Positions 1 to 14,340 of a DNA stretch of 64,000 bases are shown here, piece by piece; position 1 is the stretch's first letter; every line of letters starts with the position of its first letter. The translations under genes and the position numbers were made by a program. The stretch is from Eledone cirrhosa. Taxonomy: Eukaryota. The notes beneath the pieces were generated by a model. The model saw only the letters and a list, made by a program, of their open reading frames with translations. It had not been told where the DNA came from and ran no database searches. Location of the stretch: positions 28,148,001 through 28,212,000 of the forward strand of contig OZ024757.1 of the NCBI GenBank assembly GCA_964016885.1, given 5' to 3'.

Positions 1-674
1 ATGACTTGGGTTTCATTCCTGACCCAAGCATGACGCTTTTCATGACCCGGCTGGATATCCTTTCATTATAACACTCGGAAACTTCTATGAGTAACATAAG
101 CGTGAGCTGTAAACTTCATTTCCCCCCTTTTTGATGGCAATTAACTCTTAACATCCTATAACGATTTAGTAGAAAATATCTAAACAGGTTTCTTAATTTT
201 TAATTCATATGTCTTTGGTATCTTTACTAGTGGATAAATTATTGTGAATATTTACAGTGTTAGAATAAAGACTTAATTTTTTAATCTGCTGGAGCCATAG
301 TACTGTTTTTATTATTCTTTTTCTTCAAAGATATCTTGCTAATATGGTTTTATGCGATACAAGACATTATGAGTCAAATAAAATGTGACGTTTTCTCCTG
401 TGACATTTTTTTTTTTTTATGGATTCAAAGATTCCCTCGAGATCGATCCCACCCCTACCTTCCTCATATGCAGCAGACGACCATGGCTGCTAAAAGATCA
501 AGTTTCTTCTCCCTGTTAAAGAATTGTCTAGATACCCCACATTTCCTGTTCACACGGTTCCTAACTTTCAATGAAAACTTCGGAAATTTCTTCGGTTTCT
601 TTTTATATTTTATTTTGAATTTATTTTTCATGTATTAAATGCAATGGTGAACAATAATTGCAGTATATATCTAT

Positions 675-840
675 TTCTAATTTAGGCACAAGGCCAGCAA
701 ATTTTAGGGCTGGGCAAAGTTGATTAAATCAACCCCAATACTTAATTAATACTTTTATCGATCCTGGAAGTATCAAAGGGAAATTTAGCATCGGCGAGAC
801 TTGAACTGAGAATGTAAAGAGCTAGAACAAATACAACAAT
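675..840 (-). mobile_element. tRNA-derived SINE (abundant family 'A')
   Basis: Reverse complement matches the ttctgagttcaa...gtcgataaaa...gtaccag...ttgctggccttgtgcc-aaa-tagaa pattern repeated more than 15 times in the window. Confidence 0.7.
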
Positions 841-867
841 GATGATTTACTAAATACGTAATATATA

Positions 868-1010
868 CAGTGCCGGATTTACCATTCTGCTTAGGTGTGC
901 TGAAGCACAGGGCTTCGTTTGCCAGGGGGACCCATCTTGCTGCCAAAAAAATGTTTACGATGAATTTTTCAAATGTTTGGGGCATCATAACTTAACTAAA
1001 TCCGGCACTG
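868..1010. mobile_element. hAT-type MITE
   Basis: TIRs CAGTGCCGGATTTA...TAAATCCGGCACTG. Flanks aatatata/catatata give a 7/8 match to an 8-bp TSD. Related copies at 13961-14105 and 42925-43082. Confidence 0.8.
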
Positions 1011-1114
1011 CATATATACTCGTATATGTAATATATATCTACACAATATATATTAAACTGTTCACGAGGCAGCTGAAATATACGATAGATACCTATCTTT
1101 GAATGCACGTGATC

Positions 1115-2990
<1,876 letters not shown>

Positions 2991-3139
2991 TGGCGAGAGA
3001 GAAAGAGAATATGAAATATTGTGATGGTAGAGGAAGATGTGAGAACAAATCTGAATTGAAACCAAAGTGGAAAGAAGCAGAACGTATATAAGAGAGAGAG
3101 ATGGGGGGGGGGGGGGGAGACCTCGAAAATAAGAAATAC

Positions 3140-3300
3140 ATTAATGGTAAAGCCTAAGATCCAAGACCTTCTCTCCCCCATATACGTTAATGATAAAGCT
3201 TAAAGATCCAATACTCTCTCTCCCCCATATACGTTAATAGGATAGCCTAAAGATCCAAGACCCTCACTCACCCATATACGTTAATAGGATAGCCTAAAGA
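3140..3300. repeat. ~48-bp minisatellite, about 3 copies
   Basis: Repeated ttaat.g.tag/aagcctaaagatccaagacc...cccatatacg units. Confidence 0.8.
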
Positions 3301-3586
3301 GAGATTAATAGAGAATAACAAGTTAATGTTATTTGCCAGTTCCTAAGTCGTGTGGATATCTGGTTAAGTGGTCGAACTAAGGTAGTGAGGGGATGATGTT
3401 GGTGGTAGAGATGGTAAAGGTGGTGTTAGTGGTGTGTGCTGTAGAACGAAAAGCTAATTGCTTTGCGTGAAAACAGCAAATGACGAACACTTCACCCCAC
3501 CCTTCCATCCCCTTTTCATCTCCTTTCTTGCTTTCTTACTTTCTCTTTTGTCTTACAGGATTTCACACACATACACACACAGTATT

Positions 3587-3650
<64 letters not shown>

Positions 3651-3691
3651 TCATACGCAGACATGCAAGCAGACACTCACACACATATGAT

Positions 3692-3748
<57 letters not shown>

Positions 3749-3785
3749 AAATATATATACTTGCATATGTTTACACACACATATT

Positions 3786-3825
<40 letters not shown>

Positions 3826-4175
3826 TTGTGTGTGTATATGTGTATACGTTCGAGAAGCTGGAGGGGGGGATATAGGGGGAGCTGGTCCTCCAAGGGCGGC
3901 AATTTTTGTTTTAAGTATGTTTGCTCTATATTGTGTTGTGTTATTTGTACATTGATGTAAACTAGAGACTAACACATACTTACATACACACACACACACA
4001 CACACACACACGTATCTGCCTGTATGTGTGGGTGTAGGAGGATGTTTCTATGCATCTCATCTTCTACCGTTATTTACTCGTTCAATACAGTTTCTTAGTT
4101 AAAAAAATTAAAGAAAAATATAAAAATATAAAATCAAAGAAAGAATATAATGATGCCACCCTCTTCTTGTCTCTT

Positions 4176-4223
<48 letters not shown>

Positions 4224-4250
4224 AGAGACTACTTTTGAGTTTCTAACTCA

Positions 4251-4303
<53 letters not shown>

Positions 4304-4342
4304 AGAGACTACTTTGAGTTTCTAACTCAGTATATATATATA

Positions 4343-4401
<59 letters not shown>

Positions 4402-4877
4402 GATGATGTTACTAGTTACAATCCATACTTTAGGAAAGTAGACTATATGTGTGTGTGTGTGTGTGTGATAAAAAGGTATAGTGCATGTATGTATGTATGT
4501 ATGTATGTAGTTACTCGGACGTCCAGTCTCCATCGTCCGGCTTACATACGTATACTGCACCCTTCATTTCTTATTTTATGATATTTTATTTACTTTTATT
4601 CTTACATTAACTCAGTAAATAGTAACATGACCCATCGTTCGCGACTTGTCGTCACTGCTCGGGTTTATCCGCGAATGCGACGTGCACTTCGACGGAAGCT
4701 ACCGGCTTTAATGGGTTTACTTGCAGACGACATCTTGTATGGTGTACGGGTTTTATCTGTGTTTGACTTTGTATGTGTGAGTGAGTCTCTGTGATTGTGT
4801 GTGTAATTGAGAAGAGATTGTGTAAGTGTATATGTGTGTCTGCGTTTGTGTGTGTATATGAGCAATCCTGTGTGTGA

Positions 4878-4919
<42 letters not shown>

Positions 4920-5079
4920 CGACCGTCGGCTGCGCCAGTCATCTATTACGCGAGTAATCGATTCTCGCCGCTCATTTGCAGCACCTGAACGTTTCTCAGG
5001 ATATTTTCTGACCATCGACTGACTGAAAGAATGAATTATTTAAGACGCTTAGGAAGGAAAGAATGATGGATTAAGACAG

Positions 5080-5140
<61 letters not shown>

Positions 5141-5229
5141 ATATGTATATGTATATGTATATATATGTATATATATATATATATGTATATGTATATATAT
5201 GTATATATATATATATATGTATATATATG

Positions 5230-5260
<31 letters not shown>

Positions 5261-5303
5261 GTATATATATATATATATATGTATATATATGTATATATAT
5301 ATG

Positions 5304-5386
<83 letters not shown>

Positions 5387-5387
5387 G

Positions 5388-5454
<67 letters not shown>

Positions 5455-5455
5455 G

Positions 5456-5502
<47 letters not shown>

Positions 5503-5527
5503 GTATATATATGTATATATATATATG

Positions 5528-5558
<31 letters not shown>

Positions 5559-5959
5559 GTATGTATATACTGTATATATATATATATACTTATATATAGA
5601 GAGAGCGAGAGAGAGAGAGAGAGAGATCCAAGAAACCTCCTATAGGATGTAATCTCGTAGAAGGCCAGCTAACCTGGCATATGTGTGGGATGTACATTTT
5701 ATTTCATTTCATTAATATGTTAAAGAGGACCCCGCCCCCATCCACTACTTGTTATATACAGACCTGCCAACCTCTTAAAACCCAAACGGGGTGTACCATG
5801 AAAAAAAGTGCCCCAAAACTGCCAATCCACCGAGGGTTTTGTTTTACTCTATGATTAATAAAACAATTTTTTATGAGACGTATACATTAGTGCATTTATA
5901 TTCTTCTCTCTCTTTCCTTCTAAATATATATATATATACACACATATATACTTATGTAG

Positions 5960-6086
5960 CTGTACAACACGAAAGAGCACCCAGGTCATTTCAACATCGC
6001 CATTCCAGTCCAGAATTACGAAAACGACCCATTGAAAGCAATTCTTCATCGTTTGTTCCAATAACCAAATATTTGGATCACTCCAG
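5960..6086 (+). CDS. NR2E3-like: NR2E-family nuclear receptor, internal exon (T-box/C-terminal extension of the DNA-binding domain, start of hinge)
   Basis: Acceptor tatgtag|ct and donor ccag|gtaaac. Translates (A)VQHERAPRSFQHRHSSPELRKRP...YLDHS(R). AVQxERxPR is the NR2E T-box. Ends in phase 2, matching the next exon. Confidence 0.85.
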
Positions 6087-6257
6087 GTAAACATTTCCCA
6101 TCATTTGAAAATATTCTTGTAAATTAGGCACAAGCATGGCTTCGCAAACACATGGTTTCGTGTTCAGTGCAACAGTGTGGCACCTTGGGCAAGTGTTTTC
6201 TGCTATAACAGTGTCACTGAAATTTTTGTAGACAGAACTATGCATAAGCTCGTCGCT

Positions 6258-6290
<33 letters not shown>

Positions 6291-6426
6291 TTATCCCTTA
6301 TAATTTAATGAGCTCAAGGAGTACATTCCAGGCTCTTTATAAATCAGCATATAAACAAACTTAGAGATATGTGTTCAATCATAGGTGATCAACTCCTATG
6401 ATTGAACACATACCCCTATGTCTACT

Positions 6427-6535
<109 letters not shown>

Positions 6536-6909
6536 GGGATGAAAGGCAAAGTCGACCTTGTCGGGATATGACGTCAGAATGTAAAGAGCCATAAAAAATA
6601 GCAACGATTCTGCATATTCATCGTTTTTATTTTTGCTCGCATAAATAATACGTAAGCGGCCCCAATGCAATTTTCAGCTAGGGGCCTCATTCCTTCCTCA
6701 CATTTTCGCTTTCCTGACAGTCTTCAACGCCTTCAGGAAAGAGAGTGTTAATAGTCGATTGTTTCTGTAAGACTTAAAATGCTGTTCTTCAAAGTTTCAC
6801 TATTGTCCCATGATGACCTGAAGGTTGAGACTTTTAAATAGTAACAATTGTAATTTCTCATGAATATATATATATATATAAATGTGTGTGTGTGTATATA
6901 TATATATAT

Positions 6910-6966
<57 letters not shown>

Positions 6967-7103
6967 CATACATATATATATGTGTATGTGTGTACATATG
7001 TATATATATATTATATTGTATTATATCATATCATATATATTATATTATATATCATATCATATTATATTATATCATATTATATCATATTATATAACGAACA
7101 TAG

Positions 7104-7254
7104 GTTTGAATACGGAACATTCTCACAGTACCCCCCACCACTCTCTGTGCCATCGGATGTGGGGTACAAAGCAGGGAGCCACATGTTCCAACCGGTCACT
7201 GTTCATCTGGGTGCGGCGGCGGATCAAAACCGAACAACATCAGCAGCACTCTTT

Positions 7255-7304
<50 letters not shown>

Positions 7305-7636
7305 ACATCAACAACAATATCAGCATCAACACCAGCACCAGCACCAGCAGCCACCACTACACTTCCAGTCCTATTGCCAGGGTGTGCGAAACAACCACCC
7401 GCGGGTACATATCAGCTACGACAGCGGCCTGAGATGTGAGGGGAACGAAACGGCGGCTGAAGCTGTGGATGGCTTCGGACCGTCCCAAGTTAACGCCTTA
7501 TCAACGAGCACTGTAGGAAATGGTATGAAAGACAGAGTTTCGTCTCCTCACAATGTCTCGTCGAAGACCACGCCACCGGTGGAGTCGTCGCCGCCTCCCA
7601 CCAAGAGAGAGAAGCATGACGTTAAGGAAGTTGCAG
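7104..7636 (+). CDS. NR2E3-like: NR2E-family nuclear receptor, hinge exon with poly-His, poly-Gln and HQ repeats
   Basis: Acceptor catag|g and donor gcag|gtgagt. Open frame (R)FEYGTFSQYPPPL...HHHHHHQQQQ...KHDVKEVA. Phase 2 in, phase 1 out, compatible with both flanking exons. Confidence 0.8.
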
Positions 7637-7875
7637 GTGAGTGCTTCGTTACTGAATATTTTATCTCTCTCTCTCTTCTCTCTCTTTTACACACGCACTC
7701 ACTCTCACACTACACACACACAAATCTTTCTCCCTTTCATCACGAACAAATCGGTTCACAAATTTTTCCGTACATAAAACATCTCGGTTCACGAATGGTG
7801 TATGTCTGTCTGTATGCATGTATGTATGTATGTATGTATGCACATGCACTAAAAGCGATTTTTCTATTTTTCCAG

Positions 7876-8334
7876 ATTCTTCTTCATCAAATGAAAAACC
7901 TCTAAATACAGCAGCACCAACACCAAAATCTTCAGGAATACTGAATTCTCAATTCTCGCCCTACCACCTTCCACCAAAGGTTGTTCTGTCATCATCAACA
8001 CCATCATCGTCATCGTCGTCATCATCATCGTCATCGTCGTCATTGCCATCATCGACACTGAATTTGAGTCCACCGTCCCCATATTTGGTTCCGCCGTTCA
8101 GTATGCTCACAGCTTTGGCGGCCGACCCTCACCTGTACGTGAGCCCGCTCGGTGTTTCACAGGAAAGCATCTACGAAACGGCGGCTCGTCTTTTGTTCAT
8201 GTCTGTGAAGTGGGCCCGTAATATACCGTCGTTTCTGCAGCAGCCGTTCCGTGACCAAGCGATATTGCTGGAGGAGTCCTGGTGTGAACTGTTCATCCTC
8301 AGTGTTGCTCAGTGGTCGTTACCAATTGACTGCA
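7876..8334 (+). CDS. NR2E3-like: NR2E-family nuclear receptor, hinge plus LBD helices 3-5
   Basis: Acceptor ttttccag|at and donor tgca|gtaagt. Encodes [51 protein letters not shown], the nuclear receptor LBD signature typical of NR2E (PNR/TLX) proteins. Confidence 0.93.
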
Positions 8335-8567
8335 GTAAGTAATCAACCATAATAAAGCGCCACGTGTGTTTGTATAAGTATGAGTGTGTTACTCATTGTC
8401 GCATATGAATAGAAGTGTCACTGATTGTCGCATATGAATAGAATAGCTTTATTTTCTGTTATGAACTGTTATACGTAATTGTTTCTGCTCGAAAAAGTTT
8501 ACCCTTGCCTGGATTAAATTATACTTTTTACAGATTTATTTACTAAAAGTCTAACTTCCTTTCGTAG

Positions 8568-8738
8568 ATTCATTGCTGTCTGCCAACAGCTGGACAATGG
8601 ATTCACACCATACTGAGAAAATTGCGTTTATGATGTCACAATTGCAGTTTATGCAAGACATCATAGCCAGATGCAACGAACTGCACGTTGATGCCACAGA
8701 ATATGCATGTTTGAAAGCCATTATCTTGTTCAGACCAG
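8568..8738 (+). CDS. NR2E3-like: NR2E-family nuclear receptor, LBD helices 7-8 (not in the supplied ORF track)
   Basis: Acceptor ctttcgtag|at and donor ccag|gtaagc. Translates (N)SLLSANSWTMDSHHTEKIAFMMSQLQFMQDIIARCNELHVDATEYACLKAIILFRP, with the conserved LxVDxxEYACLKAIxLF motif. Phase 1/1. Confidence 0.92.
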
Positions 8739-9039
8739 GTAAGCAATGAAGGGAGTGAGAGACATGTTGGTATTTATTTTATTAGTCAACAAATTTAAAT
8801 GAAATCATTTAATGGTTGCAATAAATATAATATAATGAAAAGGAGCAGGGGGTGGCAGCCTCTATACCCCAGTCTAAGCGGTGTGTCTCAGCTGATGGCA
8901 AAAATATTGCTGCAGAGAACAGCCAGCGACACCCGATGCATGAACCACACCACACCACCTCGAGATTCCATCTTATTGCCGAAGAAAATACATAGAAGAC
9001 TTTGATGCACCCCTCACAGCAACAGCAACAACATTGAAA

Positions 9040-9205
9040 CAAGGCCAGTAATTGGGGGAGATAGAAAGTTGATTATATCGACCCCTGTACTTGATTGGTA
9101 TTTTATTTTATTGATCCCATGGCAGGATTTGAACTTCGAACGTAAAGAACCAAAATAAATACTGCTAAAAATGTGTTCAATGCTCTAACGATTCTGCCAA
9201 TCTGC
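9040..9205 (-). mobile_element. SINE family A in the last intron of the NR2E gene
   Basis: acaaggccag...tcgacccc...gatttgaact...acgtaaag...tctaacgattctgccaa is the reverse complement of the family-A consensus. Confidence 0.75.
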
Positions 9206-9345
9206 AATAGTAATAATGTTTTTTCTAGAAATTTCTTTATATGTTATCATTTTTGCTAATGTCTTTATCTAATAAAATATGAATTCATTTACCAAATATT
9301 TCATGGTGAAATGCTATACTTTATCATTTTTTTTTTTTTTTTCAG

Positions 9346-9587
9346 AAGTGAAAGGGTTAAGAGATTCCAAACAAGTAGATCGCCTTCAAGATCAAGCCCA
9401 GATTATGTTGAATGAATACATTTCCCGACATCACGCAACCGTACAACCTCGCTTCGGAAAATTACTGCTCCTGTTACCCAGCATTCGTTTGGTTAATCCG
9501 CGCTCCATCGAGGAACTATTTTTTCGGCGGATGATCGGCAGTGTCCCGATTGAAAGATTACTATGTGATATGTTCAAGTCGAGCTGA
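9346..9587 (+). CDS. NR2E3-like: NR2E-family nuclear receptor, last coding exon (LBD helices 9-12, AF-2)
   Basis: Polypyrimidine tract plus ttcag|aa. Translates (E)VKGLRDSKQVDRLQDQAQIMLNEY...PRFGKLLLLLP...IEELFFRRMIGSVPIERLLCDMFKSS*. The IG..P.E.LLCDMFK ending is characteristic of PNR/NR2E. Confidence 0.95.
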
Positions 9588-9872
9588 GATGAATTATTTC
9601 CCTACCTTTCTTTTTAAAAAATATGATATTTTTGATGATTGTTTCATAATTCGTCATCGGCTCTCTCTCATTTCCGAGTATATTTTTCCTTCTTTTCAAT
9701 TTTCTCATCTATGACAGTGCCTCTGGTGACTGGCAAGGCCAAGTTTTGCAAAGGAAAATTATCCACACAGGTCACAGCTGATAGTCGTTGGAAGACTTGG
9801 TTGGAGTTGACGAATTTTTCGTCGCAGTCTTTTTTCGTCCACAGTTCTCCTCACAAAGTGTTTTGTAACTAA

Positions 9873-9878
9873 AATAAA
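9873..9878 (+). promoter_or_regulatory. Candidate polyadenylation signal of the NR2E gene
   Basis: AATAAA about 290 bp after the stop codon. No transcript evidence is available. Confidence 0.3.
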
Positions 9879-10033
9879 CTTAACTGGGGATTCTTATGAA
9901 TGCTAGCAAAGACGACTTATTTCCAAGTTGTATATCTCTACACTTTATAAAAAAGTATCACCAACTGTCTTTTCTGATATAGTAAATGATTGTTTTATAT
10001 CTAAACACAACTTAACTGAGAATTTATATAAAT

Positions 10034-10199
10034 CAGGGTTTCCCAAACTTTTTCAAACGCGGAATCCTTTTTTTCAGAAACCTTTTGGGTGAACCCCAAA
10101 GTCTAATACTGTTATATGGTCGTAATATAAATATGCTCCTCTACCTTTTTTCACGGAACCTCAGACACCCCTTTGTGGAATCCACTTTGGAAAACACTG
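10034..10199. mobile_element. hAT (Charlie-like) MITE
   Basis: Termini CAGGGTTTCCCAAA...TTTGGAAAACACTG. Flanks atataaat/gtataaat form an 8-bp TSD with one mismatch. Confidence 0.8.
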
Positions 10200-10422
10200 G
10201 TATAAATTTTAGCAGGGACAAGTTAATACCCAGAAAAATATATACGTATCAACTATCTTTTATGATATATTAAATGATTGTTTTGCAACTTAACTATACT
10301 CGGCTGAGAGTTTTTATGAATGAACTGTTGTAGCACAAACGCAACTATCAATATCTTTTAATAACAAACTATATCTGTATATGTAACTCATGCTAGCGTG
10401 GAAGATGATAATGATGATGATG

Positions 10423-10457
<35 letters not shown>

Positions 10458-10631
10458 ATTGTCAACTACTTATAAGAGTATCACAGAGACCAACTCCTCC
10501 CCTACTCACTATCTAATGTATCCAACTACAATGTTTCTCGGCTCAAGAGAAGACGTGTGATCAAAAGAAAAAAAAGTTACTTTACTTACATTCCATACAA
10601 AACACAGAAGATACAAAATTATTTGCCCACA

Positions 10632-10682
<51 letters not shown>

Positions 10683-10699
10683 TTATATTAATCAAGAAA

Positions 10700-11290
10700 G
10701 CGTTGGACTTAATACTTTACGGTATTTAGTTATAACTTTTTACCTTCTGATTTTAAATCCCTCCGAGGTTAGCTCTGCTTTTCAATCTTAGCGGTCGATA
10801 AAATAATGTACCAGTTAAGTACTGATGGCTCGAGATAATAGACTTTCCCTTTCCCCAAAAGTGTTGGCCTTGTGTCTAAATCAGAAACCATTATTGAATA
10901 AGTGGTATACGGAGGTGGATTGGCAGAACCGTTAGAGCGTCGGCATTCATTTCGATTTTACGTTCTGACTATACATCCCGCCGATGTCAACATTGCCTTC
11001 TATCCTTCCTGGGGTCGACAAAATAAAGTACCAGTCAAGTACTGGTGGGTCGAGATAATCGACTTTTCTATCTCTCTCCTAAAATATCTTACCTTGTGCC
11101 TATGTTTGAAACAATTACTAGATCAATTAGGCAGCGAATTAGCAGAGTTATTAGAAGATCGGAGAGAATGCGTTGTGGTATTCGTTCCGGCTCTGCTCTC
11201 TGAGTTCAAATCCCGCCGAGGTCAACTTTGCATTCCATCCTTTTGAGGTCGATAAAAAAGTACCAGTTTAGTACTTGAGTCGATTCTTCC
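10700..11290 (+). mobile_element. Cluster of three consecutive SINE family A copies
   Basis: Three successive A-box/B-box heads (ttggcagaa.cgttag...ttctgagttcaaatcccgccgagg) with gtcgataaaataaagtaccag bodies, at about 10700, 10910 and 11129. Confidence 0.8.
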
Positions 11291-11649
11291 TCTATATTTC
11301 ATTTTCCTCTCTCTCTCACTCTCTATCTTTTTCTGGAAGAAATCTGCTGTACTCAGGCCAGGTTTTAAATTCCCAAGGAACGCCGTATGTCAATACGGTT
11401 CTCCTATGAATCCCCAGGGGTTATGGGACAATACCATACCATTAGATCAGTTATAAGGAAATATATTCAAGGGTGGAGGGGTGATGCACTAAACCTGTAA
11501 TTATGCATTTTTTCAATTAATAATTATTCAATAAAATTTAAATAATTTATGTCTTTTGTGTTTTGGCGTTTTTATTTAATTATTTTATTCAGTGAGACAT
11601 TTGGATACACGCTAGATGAAGAGAAAATTGAATGGCAGAGTCATTAGAA

Positions 11650-11717
11650 CAGAGGTTCTCAAAGGGTATTGCTTGGCCATGAGGGGGGCGGTGGCCCAAA
11701 AAGTTTGAGAACCTCTG
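11650..11717. mobile_element. 68-bp minimal hAT MITE
   Basis: TIRs CAGAGGTTCTCAAA...TTTGAGAACCTCTG. Flanks cattagaa/cattagag form an 8-bp TSD with one mismatch. Confidence 0.85.
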
Positions 11718-11764
11718 CATTAGAGCGTCCGATTAAATGTTTAGTGGCATTTTTTCTAACTCTT

Positions 11765-12218
11765 TGAGTCAGGTCACTTTTGAGTGCTACTGGTAACATG
11801 TAACCCAGTACAACCTGTCGCATGGTCGGATCGTCGGCGACTAAACCGGCAACCCCACCAAGTTTACTTGGTGAGGAGGGTGATTTTGGACACCCTGCAG
11901 GACAAAAAACAAAACCTGACAAAGGGCGGAAGAACTCATAAGAGTCAACGGCCATCTGAAAAAAAAAAAAAATCCTACCAAATCAATGGTGGCAGTAGTT
12001 TCAGCTGCACGCATCGGAAGACTGGTGTAGTGGTTCTGAGAACAATGCGGCTTTGCAGATGATCAATGCAAATTGACGATGGAAAGGAACTCCCGCTCGA
12101 GTTAGAAGAGGACTATTGACCTTCAGGAGAAGCAGCGACCCCTGATTGTATTCAGCAACCGAAACAAATATGAAGTACACCAAATCTAATACTCGGCAAG
12201 ATGAGATTAGATTAGATT
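11765..12218 (+). mobile_element. Probable short non-LTR retroelement derivative with a structured GC-rich 5' part and an (ATTAG)n tail
   Basis: Multiple hairpins (caggt/acctg, cact/agtg, tactgg/ccagta, accaagt/acttggt, agggtg/caccct) and a 3' gattagattagatt tail. The family assignment is inferred. Confidence 0.4.
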
Positions 12219-12442
12219 TGAGCTCTGAGTTCAAATCTCACCAAGGTCATATTTGCCTTCCTGATAAAATAAAGTACCAGTCAAATACTGGAGTCGATTT
12301 AAATTACTTTTCCTTGCTCCTACTCACAAATTGCTGGCCTTGTACCAAAAGTAGAAACAATTATTTTCGAATCCTGTTCGCCATGATATTACTGAAAAAT
12401 AATTTTTTGCATCTGTTTATGTAAGTACAAAGTTATTATTAT

Positions 12443-12609
<167 letters not shown>

Positions 12610-12858
12610 AAACTATAAAGACCAATATCACGCGATTGAGAACGTCTGTATTTATATTGAAATGAATATATGACATATAATTAGAATCTAAAGTTACCAG
12701 AATCGGTAAAACATATCGGCGCCAGCTCGATTCCGAGCATTGGCTTCTTTTGTAGATTCAGTTTAGTGATGCTGCCATGATGCTTAAAATGGCCATGGAT
12801 GAACAATCACTGTTTGATATGGAATAGCCGTTAGCATATGTTGCACAACAGTCTGGAG

Positions 12859-13412
12859 CAGACCTGTCAATTCTCCCCATCCAACTGCAAGATCTCCCAC
12901 CCACTTTGGGGTGTGTGAGAGATGTCTTCTCTTGTGAAAATGTCTTTAGCTTTTATTATGTTGGATTGGCAGTATCGGTAGAGGGTCGGACGCCATGCTT
13001 TGACGCATAGAGTTACGGCCCTTGCCATTCTGAGTTCAAATCCCGCCGAGGTTAACTTTGTCTTTCATCGTTACGGGGTCGATAAAATAAAGTACCAGTA
13101 ATACACTGGGTGATTGCTGGTTTTGTGCCAAAAGTAGAAACAATTATGTTGGATTGGCAGAATCGGTAGAGGGTCGGACGTCATGCTTTGCAGCATAGAG
13201 TTACGCCGCTTTACGATTTGAGTTCAAATCCCACCGAGGTTAACTTTGCCTTTCATCCTTACGGGGTCGATAAAATAAAGTACCAGTAATGTACTGGGAT
13301 AATTACTGGCCTTGTGCCAAAAGTAGAAACAATTATGTAAAATCTCCCCGTTTTGGAGCACCTTTCCATTCATGGTATTCCCCGTTTAGGTCTTTAGAGG
13401 TTGTCAGATCTG
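12859..13412. mobile_element. hAT-like MITE (CAGACCTG.CAA termini) interrupted by a head-to-tail SINE-A dimer (12958-13336)
   Basis: 5' cagacctgtcaa and 3' ttgtcagatctg. Related fragments at 5759-5830 and 27000-27160. Two ~189-bp SINE copies lie inside. Confidence 0.65.
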
Positions 13413-13699
13413 CTAGGGGTGGGCATGGCTGGAGAGTGCCAGTGGAATAGCCGTTAGCATATGTTGCACAAGCGTCTGGGGGAGGGGAGGACATAATTGA
13501 GCAATCCTAATCTGCTATGGAACAACTTTTGGTGTGTGTTACTAAGTGGAGGGCATGTTTGGATAGTCCCAATCTGTTGTAGAATAGCTGTTGGTAGATG
13601 TTACATAAGAGTTGAAGAAATGGAGGGTTTGGTTGGACAGTCCGAATTTGCTGTGGAATAGCTGTTGCAGAAACGTCTCAGAGGGAGGTATGTCTTGTT

Positions 13700-14340
13700 C
13701 ATCTTGACCGGCCTTTCAGTTCGACGTTGATCAACATGGAGTCTTCACTGGTTTTCGAAAGGATTTGAGTCTTTAAAGATGGCTCGCCACCGATCGATGG
13801 ATCTCCGTCGGTATCGTCGATGAGTGTTCCAGTTGTTTGATCCACGGAACGTTCTGTTCAGGAAAATAATGCGACACAATGGACGGATCTTTTGACTTAC
13901 GAATATAACCAGTCCGACCGACTTTCAATGAGTTTCTGTCTACCCAATTTCGCTCATAATCAGTGCCGGATTTACCATTGTGCAGGGCGGGGGTCATGTT
14001 CTTGCCCCAAAAAATGTTTACGATGAATTACCTCCTTCAGGGTACAAGTAAGGGGCCTCATAACTTAACTAGTACAGGGCCTTATTTGTCCTAAATCCAG
14101 CACTGCTCAGAATACACAGGTCGACATGCGCCTATTGTGTCACGCAATGAGATCAAGCCTGGGGCATTATGCTTGCGGAACCATTCGACCATGCTCCAAT
14201 GAACTCCTCTAAAGGCACCCAAGACATTGGCCCGATGGCGACAGAGTGGAACCGGACTATAATTTATTAAGTAATCGATCCCGAAATGGGAAAAAGAAAA
14301 TTCAAATCCAGCATTAACAAGATTTGAACACATAATGTAC
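13700..14340 (-). mobile_element. Degenerate retroelement remnant with a nested hAT MITE (13961-14105)
   Basis: MITE TIRs cagtgccggattta/taaatccagcactg with flanks ctcataat/ctcagaat. The host has only weak resemblance to the RTE ORF C-terminus. Confidence 0.45.

Noticed and set aside
4807-5022. 'CVCGDR' resembling the first zinc finger of the nuclear receptor DBD
   Set aside because: It arises from a (TG)n tract. There is no HYG/CxGC continuation, so the DBD exons are not here.
8534-8567. Alternative upstream acceptor tttttacag| for the fourth visible exon
   Set aside because: It lies 34 nt upstream of the 8568 acceptor and would shift the frame of the conserved LBD.
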